From a virus (taxonomy: Duplodnaviria > Caudoviricetes), in IMG/VR virus record IMGVR_UViG_3300042938_000809, positions 1 to 63,000 of that record: DNA of 63,000 nt. One strand, 5' to 3'. Numbering within the stretch: position 1 is the stretch's first letter; every line of letters begins with the position of its first letter. The notes beneath the pieces are model-generated. The model did not search any database and was not told where the DNA came from. It worked only from the letters and a program-made list of their open reading frames with translations. The position numbers and the translations under genes were made by a program. This document shows, in pieces, positions 48,304 to 58,921 of this stretch.

Positions 48304-51300
48304 ATGAGTAATTGGACACCACCAGAAGATGCAGTTGAAGTGAAATCATGGGCTCCACCAACAGGTGCAGTAGAGGTAAAACCAAAAAGCGTCTTGTCTG
48401 CTGAAAAAAAAGTAGCTCAAGATATAGCTAGAAATACAGCTAAAAGAAAATCACAAGGATTATCTACATATTACTCTCCAGAAAAAGTAGCTTTAAAAGT
48501 AAAGTTAGAAAATCAATCAAGAGAAAAACAAAGAGCAATTGAAGCAGGCGTTCCTGAGGTTACTCAAGAAGAACAAGAAGCTTACAAAAGGTATTCTAGT
48601 AATAACGCTGTAACTAAAGAAGATGTAGATGAAGTTAGAAATAAAGCTTTAGAAGAAAAAAGTTTTAAAACTATAGGTGATAAAAGAAGAGCAGAAAGCT
48701 TGACTTCTGTTGGAGCTGCTATTGAGAATTGGTGGGAAGGCGATGCAGATAAAGAATATGTTGCTTTTGAAGATGAAAGAAAACAGGTATTAAAAGAAGC
48801 TAAGAGAGAAGGTAAGAAATATACCGGTGCCCAAATTGAAAACTTAACTGAAAGAAAGTTCAACCAAAGACAATATAAAAAGTTAATAAACAAAAAAGCT
48901 GAACAGTATCTAAAAGATATAAGCGGTGAAGAACAAGACTTATTAGAATCCAAAGGATTAAAAGAAGTAACAATTGAAACTAAAGCATTTAACAAAAGAG
49001 CCGCTGTAAATAAAAAATTAGAGACCGATATAACTAATTATTCAAAAGCTTATGATACCCAGCTAAAAGAAATTAAAGCTTACGGCAAAGAACCTAAACT
49101 TAATTCTCAAGAAGAGGTAAACTCTTATAATGAAAAGGTGCAAAACTTAAATAGGATAGCTAAAGAACTAACGCCTATTTATTCAACATACAAGTCTAAC
49201 CTAACTGAATACGACAAGTCTAGTAAGAAATTAGGTACCGCAGAAGAGGAATACGATCTAGCTAAAAGACACTATGGCGTTGGCTGGAACCTTTTGAAAA
49301 CAGCGGATGCCTTTGAAAACTTCTTTATTGGCGCAGCTGGTTTAGCCGGAATGGCAGGTGACTTAGCTACATACGTTCCAAGAAAAGTAGCTGACTTAGT
49401 TACAGGTGATGACGAAACCGGGTTTATGACAAGCGGCACCGAGTGGTTATACAAAAGAGCCGCTCAGCGTGAAGAAGAACAAAACAAATTTTATGCAAAA
49501 GACCGAGAGGTAGAAGGCGTAGAAACATTCTTTGAAAAAGGATGGGATCTGGTAGCAACACAAATTCCAAATATAGTCTTATTTGCTGTAAGTGGCGGAA
49601 CAGGTAACGTAGCGAAAGCAGGAGCTACTGAAGTCGCTGGATCAGTGGCTAAGGCTGCTGTTGATGATATTGCTATTGTTGCAGGCAAGAAAGCCGTTGG
49701 TAGTGGTGCAAAATATTTAGAACAGTTTGCTAATACTCGTATTGGTAAAACAGTTGTTGATGCGGCTACATTAAAAGGTTTCGCATCAAAAGCAATTGCA
49801 GGTAGTTCTGCTGGTACTAAATATCTAGATCTAAATTACGAAAAAGAACGAGGCAATATTGATTATAACCCACTGCAAATGATGGGGGCATCGTTATTAT
49901 ATGGCTACGCTGAAGGTGTTGGTGAAAATGTTACAATGGATATATTCAAGGGCGCAACTAGGCCATTAAAAGCTTTAGCTGAAGATGGCGCAAAGAAAGC
50001 ATTCCTGGATACATTGAAAAAAGAAACCGTTGTGTCTTGGTTCGGCCAAAGAGGTAGAGACATGCTAAATGAAAATATCTCTGAGCAAGTTACTAATCTA
50101 GCACAAAACGGTATAGATAAATTTATGCTTGGCAAAAATGTTGGTATGTTAGATAATACTGGCACAGTGTTTAAAGATACTACTATGTTAACCGCATTAA
50201 TGATCGGTAGTCCAGCTATAGCGGGTCAAGTAATAAGACCTTTTATACCTGTGTCCGATCAATCTAAAATGAAGTCTAATAGTTCTGAAATGGCTAGGTT
50301 GATTTCAAAAATGAATGGAGCAAGTGAAATTACTCAAAAAGCATACCAAGATAAAGTAGAGGCTCTGACAAAAGAGAACTCTGAAATGACTAAAAAAACA
50401 ATAGATAGAATTGGCGGTATTCCAAATGGCACGTACAATACTATATTAGAATTAGATAAAGGAAGAAGAGATATACAGGTAAGAGCTCATGACATACTTA
50501 ATAGTAATGAAAGTGAACAAGACAAAGCCAACTCTTTAAATATATTAAAAGAGGAGTACGACGCTAAGGATAATGAGTTAGCTGTTATACAAGATAATAT
50601 AAAGTTAGTAGATAATATTAGTTCAGATTTTGACGCTGAAACTAAAGAAGATATTTACAATTCACTTGTAGAAAGAAAGGAACTTGAACAGTCTATTAAG
50701 ACTATGGATCCTATGCAAAAGCAAGATGCTTTGGAAAAAATCAAGGAGATTGACGACACATTTAAAGCGTATAAGATTAGAAGCATCGTTGAAAAAGAAA
50801 TTGTAAAAGACTTTAACAAGACATTAAAAGCAAAAGAGCAACTTGGACTTGATAAACTATTCATACCAGATATTAGTACCTCAAACAGCGCTATGGAATG
50901 GTTACAAGCTAATACAAGTCTAACTGAGGCCCAAATTGAAGAACAGTCTGGTAAATACGGGTTTTTTGTTCCAACTAGTCTAATGATAGACCCTGCAACC
51001 GGTGAAGCTTTTACAGACGGTAGAACAGCTCTTATTGTAAACAAAGAAGAGTCTGGTCTAGACGGCGTAATAACAACCGGCCAGCACGAGATGTTACACG
51101 CTTTAATTTACAATGCTGTAAAAGGTAATCCCGAATTTGCGAAAAAGATAGGTAGTGATCTATATAACTTCTTAGAAACTACTTTAGCAAAAGATGTATT
51201 AGAAGGTTCTGAATTTAAAGAAAGATATGACAGTTATAAAGATGACTTTGTAAGTGAAAAAGAATCTTTGAATAAAGCTCGCAAAGCTAAAATAGAGAGT

Positions 51301-54300
51301 GCTAAAAAAGACATTGCTAATGCTAGTGAAGCTACTATCGCTAAATTCACAAAAACAATAAATACATTTTACGATAATAAAATAAATTTAGCAGAAGCAG
51401 ACTTTTTAGAAGAAACGTTAACGTTGTTATCTGAAGCTATATCAAAAGGCGATATAAAATATAATGAAACTTTTTTCACAAAGTTAGGTGATTTAATTAG
51501 AAGAGTTTTCCAAAACTACGGTTTAAAAGTAAATTTTTCTACAGGGCAAGATGTATTCAACTTTGTAAGAGACTATAATAAAAGTTTTGAGAAAGGTAAA
51601 TTTACAGACGCTTTTAAAGCTTTAGCTGTTAAAGGCGAGTATAAACCAACTAGCAATAAGAATGCTAAAGTAGGAACTGAAAGTATCAAAGCGTCAAAAT
51701 CTTTAGAACTAAAGAACCAATTAAAAGCGTTAGAAGAAGAATACGACGATGGTCTTGGCGAAATGCAGGAAGAGGAATACTTACCAACTAAAGCAAATCT
51801 TGAATTAAAATTAAAAGCCGCGTTAAAAGCAGAAGCATCTAGCGGTGTAGTTGAAAAGCCAAAGAAAGAAGAGACAGAAGAAGATGAAGTAAAGGCAATC
51901 ATAAGAAATGAAAAAGGAACTATAGCTTCTGATAAAGTACAAAAAATATATGATGAAAAAGGCGTACAAGGAGCCAATGAAATTATAAAATTATTTAAAC
52001 CTATAACGGCAAAAATAGTTCAGAAACGTAGAGATGCTCCTGGCTTTAATGAAGAAGAGCTTACTAAAGAAATAGAACTTGGAGCAGGTGGATTATTTGA
52101 TTTAATTAGAAAATTTGAAGCTAGCAAAGGCGTTCCTTTAGCGGCTTATATTAATAAAAATCTACCTTTAAGGGCAATTACTGCATCTAGAAGGGTATTA
52201 GACAAAGAGTTTACCAGTGATGTTGAAACAGAAGTCAATGTAAAAGCAACTGAAACTGCGGATCAAAATATGACCGATAGGGTTGCTGAAAAACCAAAAT
52301 ATAAAGATGCATTAGAATCTAATCTTTTTGAACCAGAAGTACTAGAAACAGCAACAAAAAAGATAATAACTATAGTTAGGACTTTGCGTTCTAAAATAGA
52401 CGAACCAGTTACCTTAAACCGTACTGTAACTCCGTTTATAGCTGAGATTAGGGATGAGGTTGGTAAGCAACTTGATATTGATATAAAAACAATGTTAGGT
52501 GGCAAGAAAGATGGTGTACTTAGAAAAGAACTTTTAAGAACTAAACGTTATATTCTAGAAAACATGACCACCACATGGTTAATGGGTAAAGACGGGCAAG
52601 GCGGAATACCTCAAGCAATACAAAAACGTATTGATGGCAAATGGGTTAATTTCCCTGATTGGGTCGGGCAAAAAATAGATAGAGAAGCAATGTCTACCGA
52701 TTTAGCTGGAAGAACTTCTGGTGCAGAATTGGTTAGAAGATTGCCTAATGTATTTAACAATGTACCTAACGAGGATTTTTTAGCGCAAATAATCGGTCCT
52801 GATGGCAATCCAATCAGGGGTAGAAAAGAATCGGTTTCTAAAGCTATGGCTGAAGAATCAGCTATGGATATTATTAAAAATGATCTTGAAAACGACGGTC
52901 CAATATCTCAAGCTATCATAGCTAACCAAGAAAGGATTGGCGCTAAAATAACAGAATCTTTTGGAACAGAATTCGCTAGACAAGCTGAAAGAGGTAATAT
53001 AAAAAATTCTGAAAGACTTAAAAAAGGGTTTAAAGTATCTATTTCAAGATTAACAGACTCAATAATAGACGCTAAGGGTGATGTTGGATTGCAATCTATT
53101 GCTATTAAAAAATGGTTAGCATCTGACGGTAGGTCTATAAGAACCAAATCCTGGGCAATTTCAGGAAAATCTAAAGAGTTTACAACAAATGCTGCTTTGA
53201 TGCAGAAGATATTAATACCAGCGTTTAAAAGCTCATTAACAACTCCGTTTGTAATAGATAATGAAAATTACTTTCATTTAGTTGATGTTGAAAATGGCCA
53301 GACTATATATTACGGTGATGAACCTGTAAAATTATGGATGCAGATATCTGAAATAAAAGCTAACTGGGAAGACAATAAAGAAAAAGTTAGTCTGGAATCT
53401 AAATATGCTTATAGTCAAATAATAGAATTAGTAAATTGGGCTAAAAATAAAAAATTAGGTATTGAAGACTTTAAAGCTTATTTGTTTTTATTAAGTCAAG
53501 ACCAAAGAGGGCTTGTACGTAAGTTAGGTTCTCCTGGATTAGGGTTTATTGGTAAAATTGAAAACCCATACCTAGAACACAATCCTCCGCGATTTGATAT
53601 AATGGAGAGCATAGTTGATTTGTATACTGATTCAAACGGGATGACTGAGGAAAAATTAAAAGATATAATCTCAAAATCAAATGTTAACCTAATCCCCGGT
53701 AAATTAAATAAATTATTACCTAAGTATAAAAAAGGCGATAATAGAATGGAGGACCCTAAAGTTTTGCTATACATATCCAAAGCTCTTGAGTCTGGCCAAT
53801 TGATCACAGGTATCGAGTCTGAGTATGGTTCAATAGAAAGATTTGAAGCGCTGGTAAAAGAAGCAAAAACACCTACTGAATTACAAGAGGACACAGACGG
53901 TACAGCTAGAATTAAATCCAGTAAAAAATTAAGTGAAGACTTTAATAAAATAATAGAGGTGAACACCGGGATGGAAAACTTTAAAGTGTTTTCTGACATC
54001 GTTGCAAAAAGAAGAGGTGCTGGTATTGGAAAATATAGATTTTTCCTACCGCCATCAGCCGAAGATTTTACAGGTTTATTATATGACTTTTTAGGAAAAG
54101 GTAAAGCGGGAGAAGAACAGTTTGCATTCTTTAAAAAGAACTTAATAGACCCATACGTAAAAGGTACTGCCTTAATTGATTCAGCTAGACAATCTATAAA
54201 AAGAGATTACAAAGCATTGTTAGCGGCTTTCCCCGAGGTTAGAAAGAAATTAGGCAAAAAAATACCAAGTGGAGATTTTACTTATGACCAAGCAATTAGA

Positions 54301-56130
54301 GTTTCTATATGGGAAGATGCTGGACTAGAAGTTCCTGGATTGTCAAGAAGAGACACTGTTAAACTTAATGAGTTAGTAGCTAACGATCCTGAATTAAGTA
54401 CATTCAAAGCTAACCTAATTGTTACAGGAAGACAAGGCAATGGCTGGGTTGCTCCTGCAGAGTTTTGGGATGCCAACACAATAATATCTGACTTACACAA
54501 TATAACAGAAAAAGTAGGTAGAAAAAAATTCTTAGAAGAGTTTATTGAGAATGTTAATGAAATATTCTCTAAAGATAATTTGAATAAGATAGAAGCTATA
54601 TACGGATCTAATTTTAGAGAATCATTAGAAGACTCTATATACAGAATGTCTAATGGTACAAACAGAACATCTGGATCTAATAGATTAACTAACCAATGGA
54701 ATAACTGGGTTAATAATTCTACGGGGGCTATAATGTTCTTCAATACTAGATCTGCATTATTACAGGTAATATCAGGTATAAACTTTATTAACTGGAGTGA
54801 TAATAATCCAGCATCAGCAGCGTTGGCATTTGCTAATCAAAAACAATATTGGAAAGACTTTGCCTATATATTCAACTCTGACAAAATGAAAGAGAGAAGA
54901 TCAGGGCTTAAAGAGGATGTGAGCGCAGCTGAAATCGCAAACGCGGCTGAGGGTAGTAAAAATAAAGTTGGCGCAGTATTATCTTATTTATTGAAGATAG
55001 GTTTTACACCTACTCAAATAGCGGATAGTTTTGCAATATCAGCTGGTGGATCAACGTTTTATAGAAATAGAGTAAAGACTTATATTAAAAACGGTTTATC
55101 AGAAACTGAAGCAGAAGCTGAAGCATGGAAAGACTTTTCTAAAACAGCAGATGAAAACCAACAGTCTAGTGATCCTATGTTGATCTCTCAACAACAGACT
55201 AGCTCTATAGGTAGATTAATACTAGCTTTCCAGAATACGCCTATGCAGTATAACCGTTTAATGAAAAAAGCAGCTAGAGACCTTATCAATAGAAGAGGTA
55301 ATCCAAGCGAGCACATTTCAAAGATATTATATTACGGAGCGGTTCAAAGTTTTATTTTCAATGCTTTACAATCTGCATTGTTCGCGGTTGCTTTTACTGG
55401 AGGAGATGACGAAGAGAAAGATAAAGAAATAAACAAAAAGTCTGCAGACATAATTGATGGCATGATAGATGGTATCATAAGAGGCTCTGGATTAGGTGGG
55501 GCTATCGTTGTAACATTAAAGAATGCAATACAGAAATATCAAGAAGAGTCTGAGAAAGGATTTAAAGGAGACAATGCAAAAGTTTTATTACAATTACTCA
55601 ACATATCCCCCGCAATCGGTTCTAAAGCTAGCAAGATATATGGATCAATGCAAACAGCTATCTTTGAAAAAGATGTTATAAAAGAAATGGGGTGGAGTGT
55701 TACAAGAGATGGCAAATTAAATGTCAGTCCAGTATATGAAGCAACAGGAGCTCTTGTGGAAGGTACAACGAATATACCAATGAGTAGGCTAGTTTCTAAA
55801 GTTGAGAACATGTCGGAAGCCTTAGACTCTAGGAATGCAACTTGGCAAAGAGTAGCTTCTGCATTAGGATGGAAACCTTACGCTATAGGAGTGCATAACG
55901 AAGAACAAGACTTAATAAAAGCCGGTGCTAAAGTTAGGAAAAAAGCAGAGGGTGTAGAAAAAGCAAAAATAACTAGATTAGAAAACAAACTTAAAGAGCT
56001 TGATATGTTATCTAATATGACTACAGAAGAATATGATAATTATCTCAATATAAAGAAACTTGAGAGAAGATTAAAATATTTAGATAAGAAAATCAAGGAT
56101 GAAGAAACAAGGAAGATGTTAGGTAAATAA
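48304..56130 (+). CDS. giant internal virion / polyvalent protein (zincin HExxH, sigma region-2-like, nuclease-like and helical domains)
   Basis: 2608 aa, last gene of the virion block; HEMLH at aa 928-932; sigma-2-like segment at about aa 1220-1295. Confidence 0.7.
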   Translation: MSNWTPPEDAVEVKSWAPPTGAVEVKPKSVLSAEKKVAQDIARNTAKRKSQGLSTYYSPEKVALKVKLENQSREKQRAIEAGVPEVTQEEQEAYKRYSSNNAVTKEDVDEVRNKALEEKSFKTIGDKRRAESLTSVGAAIENWWEGDADKEYVAFEDERKQVLKEAKREGKKYTGAQIENLTERKFNQRQYKKLINKKAEQYLKDISGEEQDLLESKGLKEVTIETKAFNKRAAVNKKLETDITNYSKAYDTQLKEIKAYGKEPKLNSQEEVNSYNEKVQNLNRIAKELTPIYSTYKSNLTEYDKSSKKLGTAEEEYDLAKRHYGVGWNLLKTADAFENFFIGAAGLAGMAGDLATYVPRKVADLVTGDDETGFMTSGTEWLYKRAAQREEEQNKFYAKDREVEGVETFFEKGWDLVATQIPNIVLFAVSGGTGNVAKAGATEVAGSVAKAAVDDIAIVAGKKAVGSGAKYLEQFANTRIGKTVVDAATLKGFASKAIAGSSAGTKYLDLNYEKERGNIDYNPLQMMGASLLYGYAEGVGENVTMDIFKGATRPLKALAEDGAKKAFLDTLKKETVVSWFGQRGRDMLNENISEQVTNLAQNGIDKFMLGKNVGMLDNTGTVFKDTTMLTALMIGSPAIAGQVIRPFIPVSDQSKMKSNSSEMARLISKMNGASEITQKAYQDKVEALTKENSEMTKKTIDRIGGIPNGTYNTILELDKGRRDIQVRAHDILNSNESEQDKANSLNILKEEYDAKDNELAVIQDNIKLVDNISSDFDAETKEDIYNSLVERKELEQSIKTMDPMQKQDALEKIKEIDDTFKAYKIRSIVEKEIVKDFNKTLKAKEQLGLDKLFIPDISTSNSAMEWLQANTSLTEAQIEEQSGKYGFFVPTSLMIDPATGEAFTDGRTALIVNKEESGLDGVITTGQHEMLHALIYNAVKGNPEFAKKIGSDLYNFLETTLAKDVLEGSEFKERYDSYKDDFVSEKESLNKARKAKIESAKKDIANASEATIAKFTKTINTFYDNKINLAEADFLEETLTLLSEAISKGDIKYNETFFTKLGDLIRRVFQNYGLKVNFSTGQDVFNFVRDYNKSFEKGKFTDAFKALAVKGEYKPTSNKNAKVGTESIKASKSLELKNQLKALEEEYDDGLGEMQEEEYLPTKANLELKLKAALKAEASSGVVEKPKKEETEEDEVKAIIRNEKGTIASDKVQKIYDEKGVQGANEIIKLFKPITAKIVQKRRDAPGFNEEELTKEIELGAGGLFDLIRKFEASKGVPLAAYINKNLPLRAITASRRVLDKEFTSDVETEVNVKATETADQNMTDRVAEKPKYKDALESNLFEPEVLETATKKIITIVRTLRSKIDEPVTLNRTVTPFIAEIRDEVGKQLDIDIKTMLGGKKDGVLRKELLRTKRYILENMTTTWLMGKDGQGGIPQAIQKRIDGKWVNFPDWVGQKIDREAMSTDLAGRTSGAELVRRLPNVFNNVPNEDFLAQIIGPDGNPIRGRKESVSKAMAEESAMDIIKNDLENDGPISQAIIANQERIGAKITESFGTEFARQAERGNIKNSERLKKGFKVSISRLTDSIIDAKGDVGLQSIAIKKWLASDGRSIRTKSWAISGKSKEFTTNAALMQKILIPAFKSSLTTPFVIDNENYFHLVDVENGQTIYYGDEPVKLWMQISEIKANWEDNKEKVSLESKYAYSQIIELVNWAKNKKLGIEDFKAYLFLLSQDQRGLVRKLGSPGLGFIGKIENPYLEHNPPRFDIMESIVDLYTDSNGMTEEKLKDIISKSNVNLIPGKLNKLLPKYKKGDNRMEDPKVLLYISKALESGQLITGIESEYGSIERFEALVKEAKTPTELQEDTDGTARIKSSKKLSEDFNKIIEVNTGMENFKVFSDIVAKRRGAGIGKYRFFLPPSAEDFTGLLYDFLGKGKAGEEQFAFFKKNLIDPYVKGTALIDSARQSIKRDYKALLAAFPEVRKKLGKKIPSGDFTYDQAIRVSIWEDAGLEVPGLSRRDTVKLNELVANDPELSTFKANLIVTGRQGNGWVAPAEFWDANTIISDLHNITEKVGRKKFLEEFIENVNEIFSKDNLNKIEAIYGSNFRESLEDSIYRMSNGTNRTSGSNRLTNQWNNWVNNSTGAIMFFNTRSALLQVISGINFINWSDNNPASAALAFANQKQYWKDFAYIFNSDKMKERRSGLKEDVSAAEIANAAEGSKNKVGAVLSYLLKIGFTPTQIADSFAISAGGSTFYRNRVKTYIKNGLSETEAEAEAWKDFSKTADENQQSSDPMLISQQQTSSIGRLILAFQNTPMQYNRLMKKAARDLINRRGNPSEHISKILYYGAVQSFIFNALQSALFAVAFTGGDDEEKDKEINKKSADIIDGMIDGIIRGSGLGGAIVVTLKNAIQKYQEESEKGFKGDNAKVLLQLLNISPAIGSKASKIYGSMQTAIFEKDVIKEMGWSVTRDGKLNVSPVYEATGALVEGTTNIPMSRLVSKVENMSEALDSRNATWQRVASALGWKPYAIGVHNEEQDLIKAGAKVRKKAEGVEKAKITRLENKLKELDMLSNMTTEEYDNYLNIKKLERRLKYLDKKIKDEETRKMLGK

Positions 56131-56166
56131 AAAAAACCGCGTAGCAATTAAGTTACGCGGTTTTTT
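56131..56166. terminator. bidirectional intrinsic terminator
   Basis: AAAAAACCGCGTAGC-AATTAA-GTTACGCGGTTTTTT between convergent genes. Confidence 0.9.
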
Positions 56167-56210
56167 ATTATGTTCAATATTGTAGGCTGTTCATTGACAA
56201 TGAACGAAAA

Positions 56211-57929
56211 TTATCCGTCACAGGATAAACAGCCTTCATCCATTGCTTTGGCAGCTATATCACCACGTAAAACAGATTCAGTCCTCATATAGTATAAAGT
56301 CTTGACTCCTTTTTTCCATGCATCCATGTGCACCTTATTAAGCCATTTAGGGGTTGCTTCACTTGGAAAAGCTAAATTCAAACTAACTGCTTGGTCAATA
56401 TACTGCTGTCTCAAGCCTGCTTGATTAACTAATTCAAGTTGATTAATTTCTTTAAACGTTTTAAAAACCTCTTTAGCTGAAACTCCGTGAGAACAGAATA
56501 TATCCTCAAGTTCATCAACGCCCTGGACCGACCCACCGTCTGCCAATATTTTATTCCAAATTTCATCTGTGTTTAATTTATGTTTCTTTAATAACTTAAC
56601 TAACGTAGGATTTTTCCTGATGAATGTTCCTTTCGCGCTCTGCTCAGTGAATACGTTTGCAGCCCACGGTTCAATCCCTGCTGACACGTTTCCAGAAAGT
56701 TTGCTATTGCTAACAGTAGGAGCAAGGGCCCGCAAATGAGTGTTGCGCATACCAGTGCCGACACACCATAAAGGCTCACCGTAAACCTCAGCCAAAGCGC
56801 GACTAGCGCGTTCACTTTCAATTTTGATTTGTGAAAAGATTTTTCTTGTTTCGTATTGCGACAACAGTCCTTCGAACGGCAACCCTTTTTCTTGCAGGTA
56901 TGTATGCCAGCCAAGGACTCCAAGACCAAGTGCTCTTCCTTTCGTCGCTGAACGGACCGAATTTTCAAATCCGCGTAAGCCTTTTGCTCTTTGTATAAAT
57001 TCCTCCATGACTCCATCAAGGAACCATACTGAGTCATAAATGAGATTAGTGTCTTTCCACTCTTCATATTTTGCTAAATTTAATGATGATAAACAACACA
57101 CAAAACTATGTGTTTCGTCTGTATGTAATGTTATTTCACTACATATATTAGTCATGTGAACTTTTAATCCGTTGGTTTTATATGCCTGCGGATTTGCCTT
57201 ATTAACATTTCCTTTAAACATGATATACGGTTCGCCAGTCGCTTTTCGTTTTCTAAGAAGTTTACTCCATCTATCTCTAGCTTTAGCATCTCCTTGTTCA
57301 AGTTTTCGCATAAACTTATCACCAACAACTGCGCATTGATGTAAATTAAGCGATTGTCTATTGACATCTCCTTTGGGTTCGCGGATTTCAATCCATTCCT
57401 CAAAATCATTGTGTTCAATGTTGATGTTAACTGATGCTGCTCCTCTCCTAACAGAACCTTGATTTGTTGCAAGGATTGTTGAATCATAGATTTTACAAAA
57501 TGGCACGACTCCGTCTGATGTTCCATTACCTGTTATTTTAGCGCCAGCGGGTCTGATCTGATTAATACCGATACCAACTCCACCGCCGTGCTTAGCGAGT
57601 AGCATCATCTCTAAATTTTTTGTACCGATGTCTTGAATACTATCTGCAACATCAATTCCAAAACAACTAATAGGCAACCCTCGATCTGTGCCTGTGTTAG
57701 ACAACACTGGGGAGGCTAAACATAGCCAGCCATTCCAAATGTATTCAAAAAACTTTTCAGCTAGTTCTGGCTTGTATAAACGCCTTGCTACGGTTTTGGC
57801 TACACGCATGTAAGCGTCTTTTGGTGTCTCGTCAAATATTAAATAACCACCTGTTATTGTTTTCTTATATACATCTGTATCTCCCCATATAGGATAGTCT
57901 ACTCCTTTAACCCATTCATTATTCCACAT
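56211..57929 (-). CDS. nrdA: class I ribonucleotide reductase alpha subunit (short, no ATP cone)
   Basis: ASPVLSN, ISCF, GGGVG, TNICSEI, APTVSNS, DQAVSLN, TLYY, C-terminal CLSC. Confidence 0.95.
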   Translation of the reverse strand: MWNNEWVKGVDYPIWGDTDVYKKTITGGYLIFDETPKDAYMRVAKTVARRLYKPELAEKFFEYIWNGWLCLASPVLSNTGTDRGLPISCFGIDVADSIQDIGTKNLEMMLLAKHGGGVGIGINQIRPAGAKITGNGTSDGVVPFCKIYDSTILATNQGSVRRGAASVNINIEHNDFEEWIEIREPKGDVNRQSLNLHQCAVVGDKFMRKLEQGDAKARDRWSKLLRKRKATGEPYIMFKGNVNKANPQAYKTNGLKVHMTNICSEITLHTDETHSFVCCLSSLNLAKYEEWKDTNLIYDSVWFLDGVMEEFIQRAKGLRGFENSVRSATKGRALGLGVLGWHTYLQEKGLPFEGLLSQYETRKIFSQIKIESERASRALAEVYGEPLWCVGTGMRNTHLRALAPTVSNSKLSGNVSAGIEPWAANVFTEQSAKGTFIRKNPTLVKLLKKHKLNTDEIWNKILADGGSVQGVDELEDIFCSHGVSAKEVFKTFKEINQLELVNQAGLRQQYIDQAVSLNLAFPSEATPKWLNKVHMDAWKKGVKTLYYMRTESVLRGDIAAKAMDEGCLSCDG

Positions 57930-57946
57930 CAATTTATTATTTTTAA

Positions 57947-58915
57947 TTACCAAATATTTTCATAATCCTCGCCTTCACCTGCTTTGCTATAATCCGTAGA
58001 TCTTATTGCGAAGAAATCCGTGTGCGTATGCCCTCCGGTTAAATGGTAAAACCAATCTAAGTTTGCCGCAGCTTCTTTATTAAACGGGAAATAAGATCCA
58101 AGATCTATATAACCTAATTCAACTAGTTTTTCATTTGTACGTTTTTTTATAAACTGTATTAAATCATAAGACTTAATACCCTCAATCTCTCCTCCTTCAA
58201 ACATCTTATCAATATACTTAATTTCGAGAGCAACCATTGTTTCAGCAGCTTTTATTATATCTTCTCTACATAAATGTAATAATTGATCATTTTCTCTGCA
58301 CATATCGCGGAATAACTTACAACCCATTTTGCTGTGTAACGATTCATCACGTACACTCCATTTCATTTGTTGCCCAATACCCTTTAATAGATTCCTCATC
58401 TGAAAAGAATACAATACAGCAAATGCAGAATAAAGACTAACCCCTTCAGCGAAAGCGCTAAAAACAGCAAGAGACTTGCCAATCCCAGTATGTGATCTGC
58501 CTTCATAACCAACCAGATTGTTAAATCTTTCAGCTGTTGCAGGCTCGTGTAAAAAAGCTTTGTAATCTTCAAGTCCAAGTGTTTCATTTAAGTAGCTATA
58601 AGCAACAGCGTGAATAGTTTCTTGTGATCCAAACATCATTGCCATTTGTTGTATCTCATGTTTAGGAAACCAACCAACAACTTTCTGTGTCCAATAATCT
58701 GAAACTGCGCATTCTGTTTGAGCAAAACCTAGTAGAATATTTCCTACCAGGTTCTTTTCTTTTTCATTTAATTTTTCATTCCAATCTTTTAAATCTCCTG
58801 ACATACTAATCTCAGTATGCAACCAAAAGGCCTGCGCTTGTTTAAGCCAACCCTCTGTATAATAATCGGGATATTCAAATGGTTTGTATTCTATTCTTTT
58901 ATCAAATAATCCCAT
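57947..58915 (-). CDS. nrdB: class I ribonucleotide reductase beta subunit
   Basis: FW...E, ETIH..AYS, EGVSLYSAF, RDESLH, DFFA.R.T.Y. Confidence 0.95.
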   Translation of the reverse strand: MGLFDKRIEYKPFEYPDYYTEGWLKQAQAFWLHTEISMSGDLKDWNEKLNEKEKNLVGNILLGFAQTECAVSDYWTQKVVGWFPKHEIQQMAMMFGSQETIHAVAYSYLNETLGLEDYKAFLHEPATAERFNNLVGYEGRSHTGIGKSLAVFSAFAEGVSLYSAFAVLYSFQMRNLLKGIGQQMKWSVRDESLHSKMGCKLFRDMCRENDQLLHLCREDIIKAAETMVALEIKYIDKMFEGGEIEGIKSYDLIQFIKKRTNEKLVELGYIDLGSYFPFNKEAAANLDWFYHLTGGHTHTDFFAIRSTDYSKAGEGEDYENIW

Positions 58916-58921
58916 ATATTT

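Noticed and set aside
48304-56130. Giant protein as a virion RNA polymerase (N4- or crAss-like)
   Set aside because: No DxDxD or T7-type polymerase motifs recognised in the translation
14109-57526. Antisense or alternate-frame ORFs inside large genes (e.g. 14844..15656, 17997..18779, 53496..53999, 56600..57067)
   Set aside because: Shadow frames of well-supported genes with no recognisable motifs
27413-58915. Introns or inteins in terminase and RNR genes
   Set aside because: Reading frames are continuous, sizes ordinary, and no intein or homing-endonuclease motifs were seen
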